A DNA stretch of 64,000 nt from contig JADKEV010000035.1 in the NCBI GenBank assembly GCA_016717855.1, positions 9,097-73,096 on the forward strand, given 5' to 3'. Each line of letters opens with the position of its first letter. Position 1 is the stretch's first letter. The notes beneath the pieces were generated by a model. That model did not search any database, was not told where the DNA came from, and worked only from the letters and a program-made list of their open reading frames with translations. Made by a program: the position numbers and the translations under genes. Source of the stretch: Betaproteobacteria bacterium (lineage in GTDB: Bacteria > Pseudomonadota > Gammaproteobacteria > Burkholderiales > Casimicrobiaceae). This document shows positions 17,981-27,677 of the stretch, piece by piece.

Positions 17981-19005
17981 ACCAGCCGCCGCCTCCGGGT
18001 ACTTGAGCCGCAGCTTCTCGCGCGCCTCGGGCAGCCGGCTGCAGATACGCATGCCCGACAGTTCAATCCCCCCGGTGTCGCCGCTGGGGGGAATGGTCGC
18101 CACGCCGGCGCACACGGCCTTGCGTGCCATGTAGTCCTTCAGGTCCAGGGCTTCGCCGGCCGGCCGCGCGGCGTAGGAACGCGCAAACTTCTCGCTGAAG
18201 CTCACATGGTTGTCAAAGCACTCATCGGCCCCGGAGCCGGGCATCCACTGCGGCGGCGTGCCGTCTTCGAACAGGCACAGCGTCATGACGGCCTTGCTGG
18301 TCTCGAAGCGGCGCGCGGCGTCCAGGTTGCGTGTGAACAGAATGGCCACGTCATCGCTGTTGATGGACAGGCGCGGGTGTTGGAAAGCGGACCAGGCTTC
18401 GGCGCGCGTGCGGAAGTCGGGCGCATTCACGTCCAGGCTGGTGAAGGCCATCACTATTTCGTCGCCGCGTTCCTTGCCCTGCCGGCTGTCGCCAAGCATG
18501 AAGGGCTCGCCGGCACGGGAGAACTTGAACGCCATGCCCAGGGCAGCACCGCCGGCAGCAACACCAGCAGGGCGGACGCCAGTTCCAGGCGCAGCCACGG
18601 CCCCGCAGACGCACCAGCGGTGAACAGCAGCGCGATCAGGGCGTCGCTCAGAACAAACAGGCCGAGCGGGTTCTGCTGCCAGGGGCTGCCGGACAGGGTG
18701 GAGTTGGTCTGCAAAGCCAGCAGGATGTCGTCCAGCTTCAGCAGCCACAACAGGCCGGCCAGCGCCGCGCCGATCAGCAAGGCGCGCAGTCGGCCGGCGG
18801 CCCTGGCGCTGCGCGAGGGCATGTTCCACACCACCAGGCCGCACAGCACGAACGAGGGCACATGCAGCGCCCCGCCGGCCACGGGAATCGGAATGAGGTA
18901 GTCGCCCAGCGCGCTGCCGCTGCCCCAGATGCTGCTCCAGCCCAAGGCACCCGCTACCAGCGCGGGCAAAGGCCAGGCAATCAGGATCCAGAGGAACAGG
19001 CGCAT
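17963..19005 (-). CDS. Orphan hypothetical: ~155-aa polytopic membrane region plus a ~190-aa soluble region (one gene with a frame break at 18537-18543, or two overlapping genes)
   Basis: MRLFLWILIAWPLPALVAGALGW...LLVLLPAVLPW (about 5 TM) is followed in another frame by MAFKFSRAGEPFMLGDSRQGKERGDEIVMAFTSLDVNAPDF...KYPEAAAGLDAPP. I recognise no family motif. Confidence 0.5.
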
Positions 19006-19109
19006 CTTGCGACCGCGTTCTTCGCGGCATCTTCCCAAGATACCGAACTGGTGCCGATGATCTCAGTGACGCGATAGACGCCGGACTCCGTTCCCTTCTT
19101 CTTCCCCAT
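18981..19109 (-). pseudogene. Truncated dodecin-family gene (first ~34 codons only)
   Basis: A GGAGGA Shine-Dalgarno sequence precedes the ATG. MGKKKGTESGVYRVTEIIGTSSVSWEDAAKNAVA matches the dodecin N-terminus (compare ..YRVIEIVGTS...). Similarity stops exactly at the start of the orphan gene. Confidence 0.6.
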
Positions 19110-19204
19110 GTCGATTCCTCCTTCCGGTTGGGGGGCGCGGGAACCATTCCCCATGCCTCGGGGAGTCGATTATAGGCGCCCCACCCGGAGAGGATGACGC
19201 GACG

Positions 19205-19396
19205 TCAACTGCTCTTCTTCAGATCCTTGACATCCGCCTTCACGTCGCCGAACTTCGCCTGCGCCTGGCCGAGCACCTTCTGGACCTTGCCTTTCGCTTC
19301 CAGCGACTCGTTGCCCACCAGCTTGCCGGCGACTTCCTTGATCTTGCCTTCCGCTTCCTTGACGCGGCCCTTGACTTGGTCCTTGTTCACGCTCAT
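19205..19396 (-). CDS. CsbD family stress-response protein
   Basis: The 63-aa product is MSVNKDQVKGRVKEAEGKIKEVAGKLVGNESLEAKGKVQKVLGQAQAKFGDVKADVKD. Confidence 0.9.
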   Translation of the reverse strand: MSVNKDQVKGRVKEAEGKIKEVAGKLVGNESLEAKGKVQKVLGQAQAKFGDVKADVKDLKKSS

Positions 19397-19518
19397 GGCT
19401 TGCTCCTGATGACATCCGCCGGCAATCGGCCAGCACCGTCCAACTCCGCTCTACCACGTCATCAATGTGATCCTTCGGACCGCGGAAGTCTGTGCGTTCG
19501 CGTACGGAGTGCAGTACC

Positions 19519-21066
19519 TTAGTGCACCGCCCGCGGAAACACGCTCGTCCACCAGTGCCGCGCCTGCGCGCGATCCCAGGGCACGAGCAGCGCGATCTCG
19601 TCGAGCGCGGCGATGAACGCCGCGGCATCGGGCGGGCGCCCGGCCATGTCCTTGGCCAGGCAGCCGGCGAGCAGCCGGTCGAGGGCCGCCGGAATGGGAA
19701 ACGTGGCGACCGAAGAGACGCGCGGCGCCTCGACGTGCAGCACCTGCTGCGCGAGGTCGGCGTCGCGCGTGGCCTCGAACGGCTTGCGGCCGGCCAGCAG
19801 GTAGAAGCCGATGCAGCCGATGCCGTAGAGATCGGAGCGCTTGTCGACGAGACGGGGATCGCGCATGCGCTCCGGCGCCATGAACGCGGGGGTGCCGAGC
19901 ACGCGCACCGCGCGCGTCAGGTCGCGCGAGTCATCGGTCTCGAGGTCCTTGATCAGCCCGAAGTCGAGCAGCTTCACCAGGTCGCAGTCGCCATCGTTCT
20001 CGTAGGCCATGATGTTGTCGGGCTTGATGTCGCGATGCAGCAACTGCTGCTCGTGCATCTGGCCCACCGCCGCGCAGATCTGGCGGAGGATGCGGACCGT
20101 GCGCGCCGGCGGCAGCGGGCCATGCCGTCCGACCAGTTCGGTCAGCGTCATGCCATGGATGTATTCCATCGCATAGTAGAAGCCGCCGCCCGACACGGTG
20201 CCGTAGTCGTGGATGGTCACGATGTTGGGATGCGCGAGCTGGCTGGCCAGGCGCGCTTCGCGGGTAAAGCGTGCCACCGGCTCGTCGCCGCTGGCATGCG
20301 CCTTGAGCCGCTTTACAGCCACCTGCCGGTGCAGATGCCGGTGGTGGGCGAGATACACGTTGGACATCGATCCCTCCCCCAGCAGCCGGTCGATGACCCA
20401 GGGCCCGCACACCGCGATGTCCGGCAGGCCGAACGCCGCGCGCAACCTGGCCACGCCCACCTGGGCGATGAACAGGAAGCCGGACAGCAGCGCGAGCACC
20501 GTCACGATGAACGCGCCATCGAGCCAGCGCAGCGGCCGGACGAAGCGATCGTTCGGCCGCTCCGCCACGATGCCCAGCGCCAGGCGGGGAAGCCAGCGCC
20601 AGGCGCCGATCGCTTCTTCGCCCTGCAGGCCGGTGTACGCGCGGAACAACGTGCCTTCATTGACGGGCGAGTCGCGCTGCCGCGCCGCCAGCGCTTCGGC
20701 CACGATGGCCGGCGGCGGTCCGGCGCGGGGCGCGCCGCCATTTGCCTGTCCTCCCAGCCGCAACAGGCGCGCCGTCTCGTCGAAAAAGTAGATGGTGCGC
20801 AATTGCTGGTCGCTGGCGCGGTCCAGCGTCTTGCTCATTTCTTGCAGGTTGGGGGAGGCGTTCGAAAGCAGCGCCGGCCCGCCCGCCCCCGGCGTTTCGT
20901 GCGCCGCGCTGATGAGCGCGATGGCGGCAAGGTCGATGATCGTCTGCAGGTCCCGCTGGGCCGCGATCGTCAGGCGCGCCTCGAGCGCGTAGCGCAGTCC
21001 GGCCCACGCGCCGAGTGACAGGAGCGCGGCGGCAACGAAGAAGAGGATCAGGCGGCGCAGGGACAT
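19519..21066 (-). CDS. Receptor-type Ser/Thr protein kinase (TM, ~190-aa extracytoplasmic domain, TM, Hanks kinase)
   Basis: GEGSMSNVYLA, VAVKRLK, HRDIKPDNIM, DFGLIKD and GTPAFMAPE motifs are present. Two hydrophobic helices flank an N-terminal sensor region. Confidence 0.9.
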   Translation of the reverse strand: MSLRRLILFFVAAALLSLGAWAGLRYALEARLTIAAQRDLQTIIDLAAIALISAAHETPGAGGPALLSNASPNLQEMSKTLDRASDQQLRTIYFFDETARLLRLGGQANGGAPRAGPPPAIVAEALAARQRDSPVNEGTLFRAYTGLQGEEAIGAWRWLPRLALGIVAERPNDRFVRPLRWLDGAFIVTVLALLSGFLFIAQVGVARLRAAFGLPDIAVCGPWVIDRLLGEGSMSNVYLAHHRHLHRQVAVKRLKAHASGDEPVARFTREARLASQLAHPNIVTIHDYGTVSGGGFYYAMEYIHGMTLTELVGRHGPLPPARTVRILRQICAAVGQMHEQQLLHRDIKPDNIMAYENDGDCDLVKLLDFGLIKDLETDDSRDLTRAVRVLGTPAFMAPERMRDPRLVDKRSDLYGIGCIGFYLLAGRKPFEATRDADLAQQVLHVEAPRVSSVATFPIPAALDRLLAGCLAKDMAGRPPDAAAFIAALDEIALLVPWDRAQARHWWTSVFPRAVH

Positions 21067-21147
21067 GTGCGGATTGTAGGGCAGCGCCCGCCGGAGGGCC
21101 GGCAGCTCGGCTACTATAGTTGGCGTGTACGAACCCGGTGGATGATC

Positions 21148-21819
21148 ATGCGGCACGCGAAACACGGGAGCAGGTCCATGCGGGTAACGTTCGCTGCGTG
21201 CATCGGTTTCCTTGCGCTGCTCGGCGCCGGGCCCGCCCATGCCCATGACGGCCCCGCCGTCCCGCCCGCCGAGCCCGTCGACGGCATCCCGCAGGCGGAG
21301 TGGTCGCGCGCCTGGTGGCAGTGGGCGGCGTCGTTCGAGCGCAATGAGAGTCCGATCGCCGATCCGACAGGCGCGCAGTGCGCGCGCAAGCAGGGCGGCA
21401 ACGTCTGGTTCCTGGCCGGCGCCTATGAAACGAAGCGGACGATCAGGACGTGCAAGGTGCCCCAGGGCAAGCATCTGTTCTTTCCGCTGATCAATTACGT
21501 GGTGATGCCGCCGCTGCGCGAGGCCGGCGATTGCCCGGCGGCCATGCGCGACGCGACCCTGGTCACGGATGCGGTGTCCCACCTGGTGCTCGAAGTCGAC
21601 GGCGTGCGCGTGCCCGACCTGAAGTCCTACCGGCAGGCGACGACGGAGTGCTTCGACATCGGCGCGCTGACGGACCCGAGGGTCCGCGTCTTTCCCTCCG
21701 CCGCGAACGGCTATTACGTGATGCTGCGGCCGCTGGCCCCCGGCACGCACACGCTCAACTTCGGCGGCGTGCTGCCCGGGATGATGCAGGCGATCACCTA
21801 CACGCTGCACGTCGAATGA
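21148..21819 (+). CDS. Secreted hypothetical protein, divergent from the kinase
   Basis: Signal peptide MRVTFAACIGFLALLGAGPAHA (alternative start 21178). The mature part has no motif I recognise, and its codon bias is native-looking. Confidence 0.6.
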   Translation: MRHAKHGSRSMRVTFAACIGFLALLGAGPAHAHDGPAVPPAEPVDGIPQAEWSRAWWQWAASFERNESPIADPTGAQCARKQGGNVWFLAGAYETKRTIRTCKVPQGKHLFFPLINYVVMPPLREAGDCPAAMRDATLVTDAVSHLVLEVDGVRVPDLKSYRQATTECFDIGALTDPRVRVFPSAANGYYVMLRPLAPGTHTLNFGGVLPGMMQAITYTLHVE

Positions 21820-21927
21820 ACGCGCAATGCGACTCCGTGCCAGTGATTCGCGGGTTCGCCACGGACACCGCAAGGCCCGCCGGGCACCTGTCCGCGGCAC
21901 CTGCCGGAGCCCATTCCACCCGCGTCA

Positions 21928-24314
21928 TCAAGGCATTAGCGACTGGATGTACGTCTCGATCTGCCCGGCGTCGCTCCTGGTCGCCCCGTCGCCGATGGCG
22001 CCGGCGATGACCGCATTGCCCTGCAGTCCGAACAGGTAGCGCAGGATCATCAAGCCGTCGGTCAACGCATCGGCCTGGCCGTTGCCGTCGACATCGAGGA
22101 TGGGCAGGATGTCGTTGAGATAGGTCGCAATTGCCGCCGGGTCGGTGCGCGCCGGGTTGTCGCCGATGGCCCCCGCGGTCAGTGACGGTCCCGTCAATCC
22201 GAATAGGTGCCGGATGACCATCAGCCCGTCGGTCAGGGCGTCATATGGGGGGCCGTTGCCGTTGCCGTCGATGTCGATGCGCAGCGGCGCGAGCGCGGCC
22301 GGCGCGAACGTGGCCGCCGCGTTCATCGCCGCGCCGACAACGACGTTGCACGGACCGCGGCCGGTGCAGGCGCCCAGCCAGCCGCTGAACACCGAACCGG
22401 TGTCCGCCGTCGCGGTCAGCGTCACGGCTGTCGCGGCGGCATAGGGCTCGGAGCAGTCGCCGCCGCACTCGATTCCAGGCGGATTGCTGGCGACCGCGCC
22501 CCCGCCGGTGCCGCCCTTCGTGACCGTGAGCAGCAAGTTCGAACTGTCGCCCACGGTGTGTGAGAGCGGCGGCGATGCAGCGGCGCTGTGTCCGCCGTCG
22601 CCGGAGTAGGCGGCCACGATCGAGTGGCTACCGGTGGGCAGTATGTCGGCGCTGCATGCGGCCTGGTTGCCCGCGAGCGGAACCCCCGTGCACAATGGCG
22701 TGGCGCCGTCGGCGACGAAATCGACTGTTCCTGTTGGCGACCCGAACCCTCCCGTCACGACGGCGGTGAACACTACCGTCTGGCCCGGTGCCGTCGGTTC
22801 GAGATTGGCCGTGAGGGCGACAACCGTGGCCGGCTGGCAGATGCCCGCGTCGCAGGCGTTGTACAGCACGGAAACTTCCTGGGCCGAGAGCGCGCGGTCG
22901 AACAGCGTGAGCTCGTCGATCAGGCCGCCGAAGAACTGTCCGCCGCACGCGGGCTCGCCGCCCACCGCAGCGGCGTCGCCACCGGATCGAAGCTCATGGC
23001 GTGATTCGCTACCGGCGCGCCGTCGATGTACATCGTCGCCAGCGTGCCGTCGAAGGTGACCGAAAAGTGGACCCATGTGTCGAGCGGCAACGCCGTGGCC
23101 ACTCCGGTGACGCCGTTGGCGCCGCCGCCGGTGCTGCTGAACGTGAGCGTGTTCGAAGGCTCATGCCACTGCAGTTGGTAGTGCACCTGGGTTACGCAAT
23201 CGGGGCGCTTGGCCAGGATGATCTGTGACGGTGATGCGCTCGTGCGCTTGACCCAGAACGCGATCGACATCGGTTGCTGTGCGGCGAAATGGATGCCGGG
23301 GCTGTCCGGTATCTCGACGTGGTCGTCGGCGCCGTCGAAGCTGAACGCCTGTCCGGTGCGGCCGGGCGCAAAGGTCGCGCCGCCCTGCGCCGATCCTTCG
23401 TTGGTGCCGATGACGTCGTCGGCGTTGCCTTCGCCGGGCCACCACGAGAGCAGCCCCGAGGGCGCCACCGCGCACGGCCGGCATTTGCCGCTGGCTCCGG
23501 CCGTGTACATCGCGGCGACTTCGGTGGCGGTCAGCGCGCGCTCGAAGTACTCGACCTCGTCGGCCTTGCCGCGCAGCCGGTCGTTGCCCTGGTGATACGA
23601 GTCGGTCCAGTGCATCGCGCCGATGCGGACGGGCAGGTTGTTGGGCGCGGGTCCCGCGCCCGAGGCGCCGGAGTCGGCGACCGCGCTGCCGTCGAGATAC
23701 AGCGTCGCGCGCGGGAGCGCTGCCGGGTCGTAGACGCCGGCCACGTGATACCAGCCCGCCGTGGGGATGGCATTGGTCATGGTCGCGTTCGCGCCGACGA
23801 TGAACTTCAGGTCCTTCGTGCCGGACCGGTAGTCGAAGTACAAGGCCCAGCCATTGCCCGTGCTGCCCTCGCTCTTGGCAGCGAGCGTGCCTATCTCGTT
23901 GATGTTCTCCGCCGGATCGATGTAGAACCAGCCATCGATGCTGAAGGCGCCCGCGGGATTCAGGCCGGCGCTGCCCGCGATCTCGACATAGGTGCCTTCC
24001 GCGCCGTCCAGGTCGAAGGCCCTGCCCACGCGGCCCGCCGCGTAGCCGGCATTGCCATGAAGCACGCCGTGGTTGGGGCCGGCGATGTCGATCGCGCTGT
24101 TGTCGCCGGTCCACCATGACACGAGGCCGGAAGGCGGCGCGACGCAGCCGGCGACGGCCGCAATGGGTGCGCCCGGCGCTGATGCCCTCGCACCCGCTGC
24201 GAAGGACGGAGCCTGCGCTGCGACGCTCGTGCACCACAAGAGAAGCAGCCCCAGAATCGCCGTTAGGGCACGCGCCCGCGGCCCGATCGAAGTTGCATGC
24301 GCGATGATGGCCAT
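21928..24314 (-). pseudogene. Large secreted protein: two LamG-like domains, Ig-like domain, InlB-B-repeat-like module and two dockerin-like repeats; apparent -1 frameshift
   Basis: Signal peptide, then LVSWWTGDNSAIDIAGPNHG...GRAFDLDG and LLSWWPGEGNADDVIG...GQAFSFDG. The frame changes near 22982-22985 (..NHAMSFDP / GGDAAAVGGEPACGGQFFGGLIDELTLFDRALS). The C-terminus carries DIDGNGNGPPYDALTDGLMVIRHLFG and DVDGNGQADALTDGLMILRYLFG. Confidence 0.75.
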
Positions 24315-24344
24315 TTCGTTACTCCTCACGTATCTCCCCGTCCC

Positions 24345-27265
24345 TCACGGCAGCAGCACCAGGATCGCCGCCTCGACCGCCTCCGGCGTCGTGCGCGTGG
24401 CCCCGTCTCCCAGCGCATTGCTGGTCAGCGGAAGGCCGCGTATCGAGAACAGGTAGCGGAGAAACATCAGCCCGTCGGTCAGCGCGTCGGCCTGGCCGTT
24501 GCCGTCGATGTCCAGCATGGGCTGGAGATCGTCGAGAAAGGCCGCGATCGCCGCCGGGTCGGTGCGTGTCGCGCCGTCGCCGATCGCATTGGCGGTCAGC
24601 GCGGGACCGCGCAGGCCGAACAAGTACCGGATGACAATCAGCCCATCGGTCAGCGCGTCGTACACGTTGTTCCGCTCCATGTCGCCGGTAAACGGCGCCG
24701 AGGCGGTGAGCGCGAAGGTTGCGGTGACCGAGGTCGCGACGGCGATCGACAGGTTGCACGGGCCGTTGCCGATGCAAGCGCCCTGCCAGCCCAGGAAGGT
24801 CGAGTCGGGTTGCGCCGCGGCCGTCAGCGTGAGTTGCGTGCCGTGCGCGTAGGTGTGCGCGCAGGTGGCGCCGCAGTCGATGACGCCGTCTCCGCTGGTC
24901 ACGCTGCCGCCGCCGCGCTGCCGGTGCGCAACACGGTCAGCGGACTCTGCGCCGACATGTCGACGACGGTGTGCGCGACGCCGGCCGCGTCGCTGGCGGC
25001 GAAGTTGCTGTCCCCCGGGTAATGCGCGGTGATGGTCGCGGTGCCCACGCTCGCCAGCGTCAGGTCGCACGCGGTGGCAGGCAGCACGATCGAGCAGCTG
25101 GCGGCGCCGTCGCTGACCTCGATCGTTCCGGTGGGCGTGCCCCCGCCCGGCGGCACGACGCTCAGCGCGACATGCACGCTGACCGGCGTCCCCACGACGC
25201 TCGGATGCGGCAGGTGCGAGGTGATCTGCAGGCTGGTCGGGCTGGGGGCTGCGAAGCACGCGCCCGTGCTGCCCGCCTGGTACACCGCGGCGATCTCCGC
25301 GGCGCCGAGGGCGCGGTCGAAGATCGCGACGTCGTCGATCTCGCCCTGCCAGCGCGAGGAACTGTGCCGCAGCCCGATGGTGAGGCCGTCCCCGGAGAGC
25401 TGTGTGTTGAGCCCCATCGCCGACTGCCCGTCGGGTTGGCCGTTCACATATAGCCGGACCGTCGTTCCGTCGTAGGACACGGCCGCGTGATACCACGTGT
25501 TGGGAAGCAGCGAAGTCTGGCCGGCGACGTCGCTGCTGTGGCCGTAGAAGTACAAGCGTCCCGGCGCGTTTCCCGATGTAATCAACGCGAACATCTGGCC
25601 GCCTGCGGCCGAGCCGTACTGGACCATCGCCGCTTCGGTCGCACTTGCCAGGTTGACCGGCGTGCGGAACCACAGCATCATCGTCCGCGGCGCCGCGCCC
25701 AAGGGCAGGCCCACCGGATTCGTGTTCTGTATGTAGCCGGTGCTGCCATCCAGCAGGAAAGCCTGCCCCAACTGTCCGGCGGCATACGCCACGCCACCGA
25801 CCGCCGTGCCCGGATTGGCGCCCGTCGCGTCCTCCGCGCTGTTCTCGCCGGACCACCAGGACACGAGTCCCGCCGGCAGGTTGCTGCAGGTCGTGGTCAG
25901 TTCGGCGTAGTCGACATCGAAGGCGACCGGGGTCGCGACCGAGCCGTTGCCCTGCAGCGCGAAGATGCCGGCGTACGCCATCGGCTTGGCCTCCCCCGCC
26001 GCAAACGACGCCGTCGTCGCGGCGGAGAATGGGATGAACTGCGTGCCGTCGAAGCTGTAGCCGGCGCGCAGGGTGCTGCCCGCGCGGACGAGCCGCAGCC
26101 AGTACGGCGTGTCGGCCGGGATGTCGAACGCCGCCCCATTCGGAATGTCGCCGTTGCCGGCCCCGTCTATGTCGTAGACCACCTCGAAGACGCGCTGCGT
26201 TTCGTTGCCGTAGACCGCGCGCAGGTAGTTGTCGAGGTCGGGCGCGCCGCCGTCGTCGGCGAGGAGCGCGATCCCTGCCTGCGGGTTGGCGCCGCCGGGC
26301 TGCGCCTGGAAGCTCATCTTTGCGGTCAGCGCGTAGCCGCCGGGAACGTCGGGCAGCCGGAGCGTGGCCAGGTTCTTCACGTTGTTGCTGCCGCCGTACA
26401 TGTCGGTCGGCGTCGTCGTCAGTTGCAGCGCCGACGCTTGCACCGCCAGCGCGGCCGCGTCCTCGTTCGTCCGGCGCCATGCCGGCCGCAACGCGGCGGA
26501 GAACTCGTCGCGGAATGGCAGTGCCACGATGCCGATGCCGGTCCGGTAGCTAGTGCCGATCTCCCCGCCGGCCAGCGCCCGGCTGAAGATCCGGACCTCG
26601 TCGAGCGCGCCGCCGAGGAAAGCCTGCGTGCCCCAGTTCCAGTAACCCAACCGGATCGGGAGCGACTGGTAGGTCGCCGACACGCCAGACACGGTCTGCT
26701 GTGCACGCTGCTCGCCATCGACGAACAACGCGTACGTGTCCCCCGAGCGCGTGGCCACTACGTGATGCCAGGCCCGTTGCGCGAACGTGGCGCCGGAGGC
26801 CAGCGCCAATTGCCAGCCCGCGCCGTTGCCGATGTCGAAGACAAACTGGCCGGAGAGCGGATGCGCCCCTGTGACCTGGGCGAGCAGCAGGCCATCGAAG
26901 TTGCCATTGCTGCGGGCGAAGAACGGGCAGTGCAGCCCATCGCCGCACGTGTCGGGCCGTACCCATGCTTCGACCGACCATTCGCTGCCCATGTCGAAGG
27001 CCGGCACCGACGCATAGCCGGTGCTGCCGTCGAATCGCAACGCGCGGCCGGTGACGCCGGCGGTGTACGTGTTGCCGCCGGCGAGCGTTGCATGGTGGGT
27101 GCCGATCGCGTCGTTCGGATCACCATCGAGCGGATACCACGCCACCAGGGCCGGATCCGCCGTTGGTGCCAGGGTCAGCGCTGACGAGCCGGTCCAGCCG
27201 GGAAGCGCGGCGGCGGTGAGGCCCAGCAGACACGCGGGAAGTGTGCGGCGGAGTCGTTGGGCCAT
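24345..27265 (-). pseudogene. Paralogous large secreted LamG/Ig-like/dockerin-like protein; apparent -1 frameshift
   Basis: LVAWYPLDGDPNDAIG...GRALRFDG, a central jelly-roll-like region and LVSWWSGENSAEDATG...GQAFLLDG. The frame changes near 24916-24920 (..LRTGS / GGGSVTSGDGVIDCGATC). The C-terminal ~110 aa are closely similar to the neighbouring gene. Confidence 0.75.
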
Positions 27266-27520
27266 CGCGAGAATCGCCCTGGACAACCAATGGCTGGAGT
27301 GCGGACGTTGGGTGAATGGGAACATGATTGCCTCCTTTGGGGCGGCGCGACGCGCGGGAGCGATGCCTGAGTCACCGGAGAGTCCTAATTGCCCGGCGCC
27401 CCCCCGCCGAAGATGCGCCGGATAGACGGCGGCGGATCAATGCATTCGCGGTACCGTCATCCGGCCGCGTAGTCTCATCGCCTCTCCACTTGTTTGATTG
27501 TCGTGCGCGTGATGAGGTGG

Positions 27521-27540
27521 CCGTTGATGCGCATCAACGG
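27521..27540. other. Perfect 20-bp palindrome CCGTTGATGCGCATCAACGG in an intergenic region
   Basis: Self-complementary with no U-tract on either side. Lies between the ankyrin-DsbA gene end (27678) and the LamG gene start (27265). Confidence 0.3.
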
Positions 27541-27677
27541 ATGAGCCGATCGCTGCTCGAAATGCGTCGCGGCCCGCCGTCGCCGCAACGGGATTCGTTC
27601 GCACGGCGCGATCCCCTGGAAAAGACGCGGGCAGACAGCCCATGCGCCGCCCGCCCGTCCGGATGACCGACCTCACG

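Noticed and set aside
27328-27666. A 112-aa ORF in the gap between the LamG and ankyrin-DsbA genes.
   Set aside because: The translation is Arg-rich and low complexity, with no start context and no motif. It is probably non-coding intergenic DNA.
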